Below are positions 17,373-26,541 of a stretch of 36,727 bases of DNA, piece by piece. Below the pieces are notes generated by a model that ran no database searches, was not told the DNA's origin, and worked only from the letters and a program-made list of their open reading frames with translations. The translations under genes were made by a program, and so were the position numbers. Position 1 is the stretch's first letter. The number at the start of each line of letters is the position of its first letter. The stretch comes from Planctomycetota bacterium. GTDB taxonomy: Bacteria > Planctomycetota > Brocadiia > SM23-32. The stretch covers positions 1-36,727 of the forward strand of contig DAOVRD010000003.1 in NCBI GenBank assembly GCA_030628375.1, in the 5' to 3' direction.

Positions 17373-19433
17373 CTACATTGACAACTCCTGGGCGTTCTGG
17401 ACCAGATACGCCTTCCACGCGACGGCCGTGAATACACCTTCCTGCGGTTCGACGGGTTTGCTGGCCATTACGTCGAACATCTCTGCCCGCTGCCCCACAT
17501 CCCAGGCGAATTCCTTGTAGGCCCACAAGACCCTCACGTCGGGATCGGCTCCATCCCACAGCACACCCAGGTCGTCCGGCAGCAGGCGGGAATGCTCCAT
17601 GTAGTCCCTCACGGCGTGGTAAGCCTTATTGATAGCGGCATATTCGGGGCGCCACCAGCCTTCCAACCTGCCGTCCAGGCCGCGGGCCACGCTGTAGCGC
17701 GCGGCGTAACTGAGTCTGTTAGCACAGCCGCGGAAATACACCTCCAGCGGATCCGCACCGCTTTCGATGATCTGATCGTAGGGAAATCCCAGAACGCGGT
17801 CTCGAAACATGAACTCCCTGCCCTGCAGCACATCGTAATCCAGACTAACCCCCGGCACGACCATCCCGCCGGCGCTGGCCAGGGGGCACTTATAACCCAT
17901 GCTCTGCAGGGCCGCGATAAGGGAGACGCGCGCTCCGGCAAGCGCGCGTATCTGGCCTGCGTCCTCGTCGAAGCCCGGATCCCCTTTGGCGCCCGAGGCC
18001 GCATCCTCACCGGCCGGCAGAACCCAGTCGAACTGGTCGGCGATCTCGTCCAGTATGCTGTCCACAAAGAGCGCATCCACGCCGAGTCCTTTCCTGACCT
18101 TGCGCAGATGATCCAGCAACAGTTGGCGCGCGTCCCCATCGCGCAGCGCACGGGCCACCAGCCCGTTGCCGTCCCGGCCCTGCAAACGCCGCCAAAGATC
18201 CGGATTCTCCTCCCCCATGCTGGCGGCCACCACCCACGCCAGACAGCAGTCCCGAAGGGCAAGGGCCACCTCCATGCCCCGATGGTGGGCGTGTTGGACG
18301 AACCCCTGAGCCTGCCGAAAGGCCTTCTGCAATGACGTAGGCCGGCCCTTGCGCGGCTCCTCCGAGTCCGCCGGCGGCGTCAGAATCCTCATCAGGCCGG
18401 GCACGTGAACCCGTTTGCAGCCGCTATGGGCGACCTCGTCCAGACCCCGTTCCAGGCTCTCCAGGCACGACCCGTTGCCGCCCACCAGCCGGGTGCCCAC
18501 AACTACCCGCTCCCGCACCAGTCCGGACTGCTCGCAGTAGTCACGCTGCAACTCCTCCCGAATGGCACAGTACTGGTTGGCCCTCTCGATATCGCTCTGG
18601 GCAGCGCCCTCCGCTGTGAGCACCTGCAACGCCGGGAACTCAAGGCAGTTCCCCAGGTCGCCGCACAACTGATGCCAATGGATCACGTAATTCTGTCCGG
18701 GGTTCTTCTGGAAAAGCGACCTGCAGTGGAACGGCGCCTCGAAGGCGGTCACCAGTAGACTCTGGGGGTCGAACTGGAACGTAAACCCTTGCAGCACGCT
18801 CAACAACGGCAGGAACTGCTGCAACTGCACCGCCCGGCGGCTAGATCGGCACCACGAAGTTGTGAACCCCTCACTCTTGTTACGGAACGTCTTCTGCACT
18901 GTGTTGAACGGCCCCTGCATCCAGAAGGAATTGCCCGTAGCCCTGCCTCCCAGCTCCCACGTGGCGCGGTCGTGAATGCGATAGATGCGGTACTTGCGAG
19001 AACGGAACTTGTAGGAGTAAGAGAATCCGACGAAATCCACGCCGCCGATCGTGCGCTCGATCCCCCGGATGCGGAGGCGCAGGACGCCGCCTCTGTCCCT
19101 TTCGGCTTCCCGCTCCCAGGGACCGACGTTCCATCGGTCCTGCCCGTCGTAGCAGACCCACTCCATGCGCGCGCAACGCCTCACGTAAGGGGTCAATGAA
19201 ATAGTGAGCGAATCGGCGCCCCTGCGCATGGCCGCGAACCGGAGGCTGGTGACCTCGTACCCGTCGGGAGTCCGGATAAGGGGCATGATGGGCAGCTCGG
19301 CAGAACGCAGCTTTCGCCGCCTGATCTTGACGTTTCCCAAGCCCTGAAACGTGCTGCCCTGCTTGAGGATCTCAAGGGAGATGCCGTTGTCGAAGCTCAG
19401 TCTGTAGCTTCTTTCATGCTCTTTCAGCCGCAT
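17373..19433 (-). CDS. Large hypothetical protein, possibly a glycoside-hydrolase-like fold
   Basis: Long ORF; the start at ATG 19433 is uncertain. A beta-rich N-terminus precedes TIM-barrel-like segments (FVQHAHHRGMEV, LGVDALFVDS). Confidence 0.55.
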   Translation of the reverse strand: MRLKEHERSYRLSFDNGISLEILKQGSTFQGLGNVKIRRRKLRSAELPIMPLIRTPDGYEVTSLRFAAMRRGADSLTISLTPYVRRCARMEWVCYDGQDRWNVGPWEREAERDRGGVLRLRIRGIERTIGGVDFVGFSYSYKFRSRKYRIYRIHDRATWELGGRATGNSFWMQGPFNTVQKTFRNKSEGFTTSWCRSSRRAVQLQQFLPLLSVLQGFTFQFDPQSLLVTAFEAPFHCRSLFQKNPGQNYVIHWHQLCGDLGNCLEFPALQVLTAEGAAQSDIERANQYCAIREELQRDYCEQSGLVRERVVVGTRLVGGNGSCLESLERGLDEVAHSGCKRVHVPGLMRILTPPADSEEPRKGRPTSLQKAFRQAQGFVQHAHHRGMEVALALRDCCLAWVVAASMGEENPDLWRRLQGRDGNGLVARALRDGDARQLLLDHLRKVRKGLGVDALFVDSILDEIADQFDWVLPAGEDAASGAKGDPGFDEDAGQIRALAGARVSLIAALQSMGYKCPLASAGGMVVPGVSLDYDVLQGREFMFRDRVLGFPYDQIIESGADPLEVYFRGCANRLSYAARYSVARGLDGRLEGWWRPEYAAINKAYHAVRDYMEHSRLLPDDLGVLWDGADPDVRVLWAYKEFAWDVGQRAEMFDVMASKPVEPQEGVFTAVAWKAYLVQNAQELSM

Positions 19434-19588
19434 CCCGAACCTCGTCGGTTGTGTGCCCCCAGCCAACGGCATCCCCTTTATAGGGGGTGAGAGTCGGCTT
19501 TGCAAGAACCTTTTCGCTTTTCTACCGAACAGGCATCGCCAACTCACCCCGCCTGGCCACGATCGCCGACCGGCACGCGCACGTGCCC

Positions 19589-21460
19589 TCAGAAATCGAA
19601 CGGCGGGACGTAAGCGCCGTACCGCCCTCTCGCTGCCAGCAGTCGCTGCCGTTGAGCTTGCAGCAGTTCGAACACGATCTCCGGAGTGTCGGGCACCTGC
19701 CGACGGTAGACACTCTCGATGCGGTCTATCTTGGCCAGGTGCTCGGGGATGCGGAGCATGAACTGCCGCGCGTAGTCCTCTGCCTCGTAGTCTTTGCCCA
19801 GATGCTCGTGGAATATGTGGCGCAGGTCACGGTAAAGGGGAATCAAGCCGGTCGGCGTCTCGATGGCCCGGACCTCGCCGTGGACCCGGAGCCCCATCCA
19901 TTTCAGCCACACCTTCTTGTCCTGGGGGGCGTTCAGATAGCCACCGTCGGCCCCCTTGATGAAGTAGTTGACGCCGAACACCTTGGGCGGCTCGGCCACG
20001 TCAGCCACGAAGTCCAGGTTGGTCTGGATGTACTGCCCGATGGGGATCGAAATGAAGTCCAGATTCGACATGGGATCGAATCGGCGCACCCCCTCCGCGC
20101 CGACCGTGGCGGCGGTGGACTCCGACTCGAGGCTGGCACCCTTTGTGACGATGCCGTGCGCCCAGTCGAAGCACTCCTCCACCGGGACCCAGGTATCGGA
20201 GTCCCGCCCGCCGTAGATGATGCCGCTGACGGGCACCCCCGCGGGATCGTTGTGACGCGGATCGTAGTTGTCCAGGTGCTCCAGCCGGATCGTGTAGCGT
20301 GCATTCCTGTGGGACATGTCCACGGGATTGCTCGCCTCGTCCTCTTTTTCGGGCCACCATTCGCCGCTGTGATTGATGCCGCGCTCGGGTGCCGGCCGGC
20401 CGTTACCCAACCAGTGGGGGGCGCCCTCGTCGTCCACGAGCACGTTGGAGAATATGACCTCTCCGGGGGAAGTCAGCGCCTGCCAGATCAAGGGGTCGTC
20501 CTGGGCGTTGACATCCCTGATGATGCCGAAGATCCCGTTCTCCACATTGACGGCGCGCACCTCGCCCTCGATCTCGCGCAGATAGGCGATGTCGTCGCCC
20601 ACTATGCTCTCGCCCGGCACCATCGCAGTGGACGTCTTGCCGCAATAGCTGGGGAAGGCTCCGGTGAAGTAGGTGATGCGCCCCCCCGGCCCGTGCACTC
20701 CCATGACGAGCATGTGCTCGGCCAGCCAGCCTTCGCCGGCCGCCTTGCGGACGCACAACCGCAGGGCCAGTTTCTTCAGCCCGACCGTGTTGCCCGCGTA
20801 CTGCGTGTTCGTGCTGTAGATGATGTTGCTTTCGATATCAATGTAGATGCGGCGCTTGTCCACGTCGGCGCTGACGCCGTCCTCCAGGCGTCCTTGCGCG
20901 TGGACGAACCGGAAGAACTCCGCTGACGGACCCAGGTCCCGCAGGTTCTCATAGCCGGGGCGGTACAGGATGTCCTCGCTGTGCGCCACGTAGGAGGAGT
21001 CGGTGAGCTGCACGGCGGCAATCGAGAATACCGAACCCGCAGGCCCGAGGGTGTAGAAGCGCACGAAAAGCTCCTTGCCCGCCATACTGTTGCGCAGATA
21101 GCCGAGCACCTCCCCCAGACCTTCTTCCTTGTCAATGGACCTGACTCGCTCCCCCAGGTCCGTGCCGGGGCGAAGGAGGTACTTCGTGTTCGCCGGATCT
21201 CTTCCCTGGTCGTGGTAGCTGTCGAAGTGCAGCGTGTGCCCCGGCACGGCCAGCTCCCGCTCCTCGCCGTTCGCAATGGCAACGCGGCGTACGTAGGCCC
21301 TGTCTTCCTCGGAGTCGGTGCTCACGAATACCGACGCAGGATCGCAGAGCTTTATGAACTCAGCGACGAACTCGTCAACCCCGGGATTGCCCAGAGCGAC
21401 GAGCTTACGATAGCTGGTCTCGCCCAGCCTCTCCTGTAGCATTCGATCCGGTTCCGCCAT
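19589..21460 (-). CDS. pckG: Phosphoenolpyruvate carboxykinase (GTP)
   Basis: YAGN, WLAEHM, FPSYCGKT, VGDDIAY, HRNARY, YGGR, RFDPM and VNYF motifs. ATG 21460 follows GGAG. Confidence 0.93.
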   Translation of the reverse strand: MAEPDRMLQERLGETSYRKLVALGNPGVDEFVAEFIKLCDPASVFVSTDSEEDRAYVRRVAIANGEERELAVPGHTLHFDSYHDQGRDPANTKYLLRPGTDLGERVRSIDKEEGLGEVLGYLRNSMAGKELFVRFYTLGPAGSVFSIAAVQLTDSSYVAHSEDILYRPGYENLRDLGPSAEFFRFVHAQGRLEDGVSADVDKRRIYIDIESNIIYSTNTQYAGNTVGLKKLALRLCVRKAAGEGWLAEHMLVMGVHGPGGRITYFTGAFPSYCGKTSTAMVPGESIVGDDIAYLREIEGEVRAVNVENGIFGIIRDVNAQDDPLIWQALTSPGEVIFSNVLVDDEGAPHWLGNGRPAPERGINHSGEWWPEKEDEASNPVDMSHRNARYTIRLEHLDNYDPRHNDPAGVPVSGIIYGGRDSDTWVPVEECFDWAHGIVTKGASLESESTAATVGAEGVRRFDPMSNLDFISIPIGQYIQTNLDFVADVAEPPKVFGVNYFIKGADGGYLNAPQDKKVWLKWMGLRVHGEVRAIETPTGLIPLYRDLRHIFHEHLGKDYEAEDYARQFMLRIPEHLAKIDRIESVYRRQVPDTPEIVFELLQAQRQRLLAARGRYGAYVPPFDF

Positions 21461-21613
21461 GATCTCCAGGTTCCCTTCACGGGTGCCGTGCACGTCTGGC
21501 AGCGGGAAGCCGTACACTTCCCAAGCAAACGCCTCGGCCTCTTGCCCTCGGGGCCAGGCGCCTGCGGCGGGACGCCACGGCACGTTCTCGACCACGAGCC
21601 GTGCAATGCGGGG

Positions 21614-21641
21614 ATTCTACAGGATTTGCGGCAGCGGTCAA
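21614..21641 (-). promoter_or_regulatory. Putative sigma70 promoter for pckG
   Basis: Minus strand TTGACC-N16-TAGAAT, implying a ~145 nt 5' UTR. Confidence 0.55.
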
Positions 21642-21844
21642 GTGCGTGGAAGTGGCCGCGGGGGCGGCGATGCCGGCCGGTTCGCCCGTCACGCAGCATT
21701 TCCGAGCCGGGTCCGGCAGCGACAGGCCGCTCAAAACGCATCGAGGAGGAGCTTTTGCGTTTTAGCTTTACTTCCGGTCTCCCGTTATGTCTACAATCAA
21801 GGGGTTGTTGTCACTCTCGCCAGCGACCGGGCTCCGGGCACCAG

Positions 21845-22753
21845 ATGACGTCGGACGGCGGGGACAAACAGTGGACGGTGCTGGAACTGCTTAACTGGAC
21901 CGCTGACTACTTCAAAGGGAAGGGCATCGAGAATCCCCGGCTGAACGCCGAAGTCCTGCTGAGCAAGGTGCTGGGGCTCGAAAGGATCATGCTCTACGCC
22001 CGGTTCGAGCAGCCGGTGGCGGCGGCAGAACGAGAGGCGTTCCGCCAGATGGTCAGAAGGCGGGCCGCCCGTCAGCCCCTGCAGTACCTGGTGGGAAGGT
22101 GCGAGTTTCACGGGAGGGAGTTCGAAGTGACCCCGGCCGTCATGGTACCCAGGCAGGAGACGGAACTGGTGGTTGCGAAGTGCCTTGAGAAGATGCCGAA
22201 CGGCCGGGGCGAGCCATGGGCCGCCGACATAGGCACCGGCAGCGGCGCAATCGCCGTCACGCTGGCGGCAGAGCGCCCCCCGCTGCGGCTCGTTGCCACC
22301 GACAGCAGCGAACAGGCACTGGCAGTAGCAGCCCGCAACGCCGCGCGACACGGCGTCCAGGACCGGATCCGGTTCGCCAAGGGGGACCTGGCAGGGCCGG
22401 TCCCCGGGCACCTGCCGGCGGGCCGGGAAGGTGTTGACTTCATGGTGTGCAACCCGCCGTACGTCCCTACGGCCCAGATTGACCGCCTCCAGCCAGAGGT
22501 GCGGGATTACGAGCCCCGTGCGGCCCTCGACGGCGGCAGCGACGGGCTGGACGTCGTCCGCCGCCTCCTTCCCCAGGCGGCGCATCTCCTGATGCCCGAG
22601 GCCTGGCTCGTGCTTGAACTGGGGGAGGGGCAGGCAGAGGTCGTCAGGCAGATGCTCGGGCAGGACGCCGCCTTCGCGACGGAAAGCGTTGAGACCGCAA
22701 AGGACGCGTCAGGCTGCGAGAGGGTCCTGTGCGTTCGCAAATCCGGCCGGTGA
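21845..22753 (+). CDS. prmC: Release factor glutamine methyltransferase
   Basis: RRAARQPLQYLVG, VPRQETE, DIGTGSG, NPPY and ALDGG.DGL motifs. Confidence 0.95.
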   Translation: MTSDGGDKQWTVLELLNWTADYFKGKGIENPRLNAEVLLSKVLGLERIMLYARFEQPVAAAEREAFRQMVRRRAARQPLQYLVGRCEFHGREFEVTPAVMVPRQETELVVAKCLEKMPNGRGEPWAADIGTGSGAIAVTLAAERPPLRLVATDSSEQALAVAARNAARHGVQDRIRFAKGDLAGPVPGHLPAGREGVDFMVCNPPYVPTAQIDRLQPEVRDYEPRAALDGGSDGLDVVRRLLPQAAHLLMPEAWLVLELGEGQAEVVRQMLGQDAAFATESVETAKDASGCERVLCVRKSGR

Positions 22754-22766
22754 GGAGACGCCCCGA

Positions 22767-24065
22767 ATGGAACGTATCGTAGTGCGCGGCGGTAGGCCCC
22801 TCATCGGGACGGTCCGCATAAGCGGCGCGAAGAACGCTGCCCTGCCCATCATGGCTGCCGCCATCCTGACCGACAGCCCCTCCGTCCTGCACCGCGTCCC
22901 CCGTCTGACCGACGTGGCGACCATCAGCACAATACTGCGCGCCCTGGGCGTCTCGGCGGAATGGATAGGCCCGGACAGCCTGCGGCTGGTACCATCCCGG
23001 AACGGTCCTGTCGAGGCCCCCTCTCACCTGGTGCGCCAGATGCGAAGCAGCATCTGCGTGCTGGGCCCGCTGCTGGCGATGCGGGGAGCAGCCAGAATGG
23101 CGACGCCCGGAGGCTGCGTCATCGGCGACCGTCCCATAGATCTGCACCTGAAAGGGCTCAACGCGCTGGGGGCGCGCATCGAGATCAACGGAGCGCACAT
23201 CAGCGGCCGAGCGGACCGCCTGCGTGGCACGAGCATCGACCTGAAGGGGCCCTACGGTTCAACCGTGCTGGGGACGGCAAACGTCTTGATGGCGGCTGCC
23301 CTGGCGGAAGGCCGGACGCTGATCAAACACGCCGCCTGCGAACCCGAGGTCCAGGACCTGGCCAGGTTCCTCAACGGCTGCGGCGCCCACATCAGGGGCA
23401 TCGGCACCCCTACGCTGGTCATTGAGGGCGTCAAAAGCCTCCATGGAACGGAGCACACTATCATCCCGGACCGCATCGAGGCCGGGACCTTCCTCGCGGC
23501 CGCAGCAAGCACGGGCGGCGAGATAACGTTGGAAGGACTTCGTGCCGACCACTTGCGAGCCGTCATCGAAGCCATGGGACGGATGGGCGTGGAATTCCAC
23601 GAAGCAGAGGACGCCCTGACCGTCAGGCGGCCCGGGCCGCTGCAAGCCATTGGTTTGGCCACGTCGCCCTACCCCGGCCTGCCCACGGACATGCAGCCAC
23701 AGCTCAGTGCTCTGCTCTGCCTTACGCGGGGCATAAGCACCGTGCGAGAAGGCGTTCATCCCTGCCGGTTCACCCACGTCGGCGAGCTGCAGCGCATGGG
23801 CGCCCGCATCGTGCAGGGCGACGGGCAGACCATCATAGAGGGGGTCGGCCAACTCCACGGGGCGCACGTCACGGCCGCCGATCTGCGCGGGGGAGCGGCG
23901 CTGATGGTGGCCGCGCTCGCAGCCGACGGGGAAACAACCATCTCCGGGGTGGACCAGATAGACCGCGGGTATCAGACGCTGGAAGAGCGGCTCACAATGC
24001 TTGGGGCAGACATATCCCGCTCGGAAGCCCCGCCGGCGGAGCAGCGGCACAGGAAATCGGCCTGA
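22767..24065 (+). CDS. murA: UDP-N-acetylglucosamine 1-carboxyvinyltransferase
   Basis: SGAKNAALP, PGGCVIGDRP (catalytic Cys), IPDRIEAGT, PTDMQ and IDRGY motifs. Confidence 0.96.
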   Translation: MERIVVRGGRPLIGTVRISGAKNAALPIMAAAILTDSPSVLHRVPRLTDVATISTILRALGVSAEWIGPDSLRLVPSRNGPVEAPSHLVRQMRSSICVLGPLLAMRGAARMATPGGCVIGDRPIDLHLKGLNALGARIEINGAHISGRADRLRGTSIDLKGPYGSTVLGTANVLMAAALAEGRTLIKHAACEPEVQDLARFLNGCGAHIRGIGTPTLVIEGVKSLHGTEHTIIPDRIEAGTFLAAAASTGGEITLEGLRADHLRAVIEAMGRMGVEFHEAEDALTVRRPGPLQAIGLATSPYPGLPTDMQPQLSALLCLTRGISTVREGVHPCRFTHVGELQRMGARIVQGDGQTIIEGVGQLHGAHVTAADLRGGAALMVAALAADGETTISGVDQIDRGYQTLEERLTMLGADISRSEAPPAEQRHRKSA

Positions 24066-24135
24066 TACCCGATCGGCTCTCCCCAAGAGGTCTGGCGTAA
24101 CTCTTCTACTGCTTCCTAACGACCACCGAGGACGA

Positions 24136-24279
24136 ACCACGAAGTTCGCGAAGCTTGCCCGCCCCTGGCGGGCTTGCCCGCCTGCGGCGGGCTGACAAAG
24201 AGCACGAAGAACGGCAACAAAGCCTTTGTGGGGCGTCTTTCTGCCTGCCGTTCTTCGTGTCCTTCGTGCCCTTCGTGGT
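24136..24279. repeat. CACGAAG/CTTCGTG-type inverted repeat element containing two tandem 19-nt palindromic inserts
   Basis: ACCACGAAG (24136-24144) pairs with CTTCGTGGT (24271-24279), and CACGAAGAACGGCA (24203-24216) pairs with TGCCGTTCTTCGTG (24246-24259). The inserts occupy 24153-24190. Confidence 0.75.
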
Positions 24280-24537
24280 GACGGAAACGTTGGACGACTC
24301 TTGCCGTTCGGCTTAGGCCCCGGGCCCGCCCCGCCAGGCACACAAGACGCAGGGGCAAGGGCCCTGCGCATTCCCTCCGCGGGCTTCCAGTCTACGCTGC
24401 TGTCAATGCACCGCAAGCGGCTGAAGCCATTGCATTTTCGGCCGGGACGCCTTAAAGTAACTGAGGGCTGTGCTCGGGACCGCTGTCAAGAGAGCAGCGC
24501 AGCCGCCTTTCCTTTTCTGAGGCGCCCAAGAAAAGCC

Positions 24538-26481
24538 ATGACAAGAAGCCGAATCGCGGTAGCCCGCTTCCTCCCGATCCTGCTGGCCGGACTGCTGACT
24601 GCGGGCGCAGTCCACGGCGCTCAGGAGCGGCCGCAGATCATACCTGTCTCGGAGATCAAGGCGGGCATGACGGGCTACGGCCTGACCTGCCTGGAGAGCA
24701 GTCGCCCTCAGAAGTTCCAGGTGGAGGTCCTGGGAAACCTGAGGGGCTGGACCCCCAAGGGCGACGTCATCCTGATACGCATGAGCGGCCCCGTCATTGA
24801 CGACTGCGGCGTGATCTCCGGAATGAGCGGCAGCCCGATCTACATTGAGGGCAAGTTGGCGGGCGCGGTGGCGTATGGGTGGCGCTACTGCAAGATCCCC
24901 CTGGCCGGAGTGACACCTGCCGGCGAAATGATGCGGGTGCAGGAGATCCAGGCCCGCGCCGGCCAGGAGCAAAAAAAGGCGGCAAGGGAGGTCACCCGGC
25001 ATGCACTGCGCAATCGCAGCCGGGAACTTGCCAGGCTGCTCACCAGCGGCCCGCGGACCGAGGAGTCCAACGCACGACTGCGCCAGAGCGTGCTGCGAAT
25101 GGCCGGGCCAGCGACGCTTAGGGCCCCTCAGTTGAGTTTCGGTCCACACGCCGTCCCTCCCACCGTCAGCAGCCTGCTGCCCGGTGGGGTCGGCCAGGAA
25201 CTGCGGCCGCTGCTCATCCCGATGGCCATCAACGGCCTGAGCAGCGCCGGCGCTCCGCTGCTCTCGCTCTTGGACGGCACCGGATTCATGCCGGTGCAGG
25301 GAGCGGCCATCGCCGCAAGGGGAGCGCCGGAAGAGGAGGTGATCCTTGAGCCGGGAGTCACGGTCGGCGCGGCTTTCGTGTGCGGGGACATGGACATAGC
25401 CGGCATGGGCACGCTCACATGGATCGAGGGAGACAACGCCGTGGCCTTCGGCCATCCGATGTTCGGCTCAGGGGAGACCGACATCCCTCTGGCGGTCGGA
25501 CACGTCCAGACGATCGTGCCCTCCATATACAGTTCCTTCAAGCTCGCCAGCACGGGCAAGCTAGTCGGCCGCATCACGCAGGACCGTTCCAGCGGCGTCC
25601 TGGCGAAGATAGGCGAGAAAGCGCCCATGTTCCCCTGCAAGGTGCGGGTCAGGGGCACGGTGGACGACCAGTACAGCTACCAGGTGGCCGGCTACTGGGA
25701 AACCGCCCCCCTGTTCACCCTCTACGCTCTGGCGGACAGCAGCGCCCGCTGGGAAGGACTGGGCAATCGCTACTTCCTGAAGGCAAAGGCCACGATATCC
25801 TTCAGCGGGCAAGAGGAACCCTTGATCCAGGAGAACGTCTACAACAGCTATTCGGTGGTTCCGCCGAGCATGGATCTGGTCGTCATACCGATGGAGGAAC
25901 TGCTGCTGAACCCCCACCGCGAGGTCGAGATTGAGGGGATAGACTACGAACTGGAGGTGCAGCCGGGCTTCCAGGCGGCCCTGATCGAGTCGGTCTGGGC
26001 CGACCGGGTAATGGCCGAGCCGGGCTCGGAGGTGACGGTGTACGTGCGTCTGCTGGAGTTCCGCGGCGAGCGCCTGACCAAGAAGCTGAAGCTGCAAGTG
26101 CCCGAGACCGCTCGGCCCGGCTCCCGGGTGGATATCCTGGTCTGCGATGCCCTGGCCGACCGCATGATCAGGAGAGGCATGGACCCGGGGTCCTTCGCAC
26201 CCCCAAACTTCGAGAGCCTGCTGGATTATCTGAAAGAGACGGAGTCCAACAAGAGCCTCATCCTGCGGGCCTCGTTCGTCGAACGGGGCGTGCGCTACGA
26301 CGGCGACGCTATGCCATCGCTGCCCCCGTCGGCATTGAGCATCCTCCAGTTCAAGGGGTCCGGGGGCCAGACCACGCCCCTGGTCACCGACACCAGGGAG
26401 ACCGTGGAAACCCCCTGGGTGCTGGAAGGCGCCCAGTCCCTGTCCATAATCATAAAAGAACGCGACCCCTACAACCCCTGA
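24538..26481 (+). CDS. Secreted SpoIVB peptidase S55 domain protein
   Basis: Signal peptide, GMTGYGLT, ISGMSGSPIY (catalytic Ser motif), GTLT and AFGHPMF. Confidence 0.88.
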   Translation: MTRSRIAVARFLPILLAGLLTAGAVHGAQERPQIIPVSEIKAGMTGYGLTCLESSRPQKFQVEVLGNLRGWTPKGDVILIRMSGPVIDDCGVISGMSGSPIYIEGKLAGAVAYGWRYCKIPLAGVTPAGEMMRVQEIQARAGQEQKKAAREVTRHALRNRSRELARLLTSGPRTEESNARLRQSVLRMAGPATLRAPQLSFGPHAVPPTVSSLLPGGVGQELRPLLIPMAINGLSSAGAPLLSLLDGTGFMPVQGAAIAARGAPEEEVILEPGVTVGAAFVCGDMDIAGMGTLTWIEGDNAVAFGHPMFGSGETDIPLAVGHVQTIVPSIYSSFKLASTGKLVGRITQDRSSGVLAKIGEKAPMFPCKVRVRGTVDDQYSYQVAGYWETAPLFTLYALADSSARWEGLGNRYFLKAKATISFSGQEEPLIQENVYNSYSVVPPSMDLVVIPMEELLLNPHREVEIEGIDYELEVQPGFQAALIESVWADRVMAEPGSEVTVYVRLLEFRGERLTKKLKLQVPETARPGSRVDILVCDALADRMIRRGMDPGSFAPPNFESLLDYLKETESNKSLILRASFVERGVRYDGDAMPSLPPSALSILQFKGSGGQTTPLVTDTRETVETPWVLEGAQSLSIIIKERDPYNP

Positions 26482-26541
26482 CCCCGCGCTCGCCGGGCCG
26501 GCGACGCCGGCAACTCGCTACACGGAGTATTGGAGATAACG

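Noticed and set aside
21461-21610. Cobalamin or c-di-GMP riboswitch upstream of pckG
   Set aside because: Only short coincidental motifs (GGGAAG, GCCAGAC) are present and the consensus cores are absent. Kept as an unassigned structured-leader candidate.
21488-24537. Long N-terminal extensions of prmC, murA and the S55 gene given by the ORF track
   Set aside because: Family motifs or the signal peptide begin at the later ATGs (21845, 22767, 24538); the extensions cover promoters, other genes or repeats.
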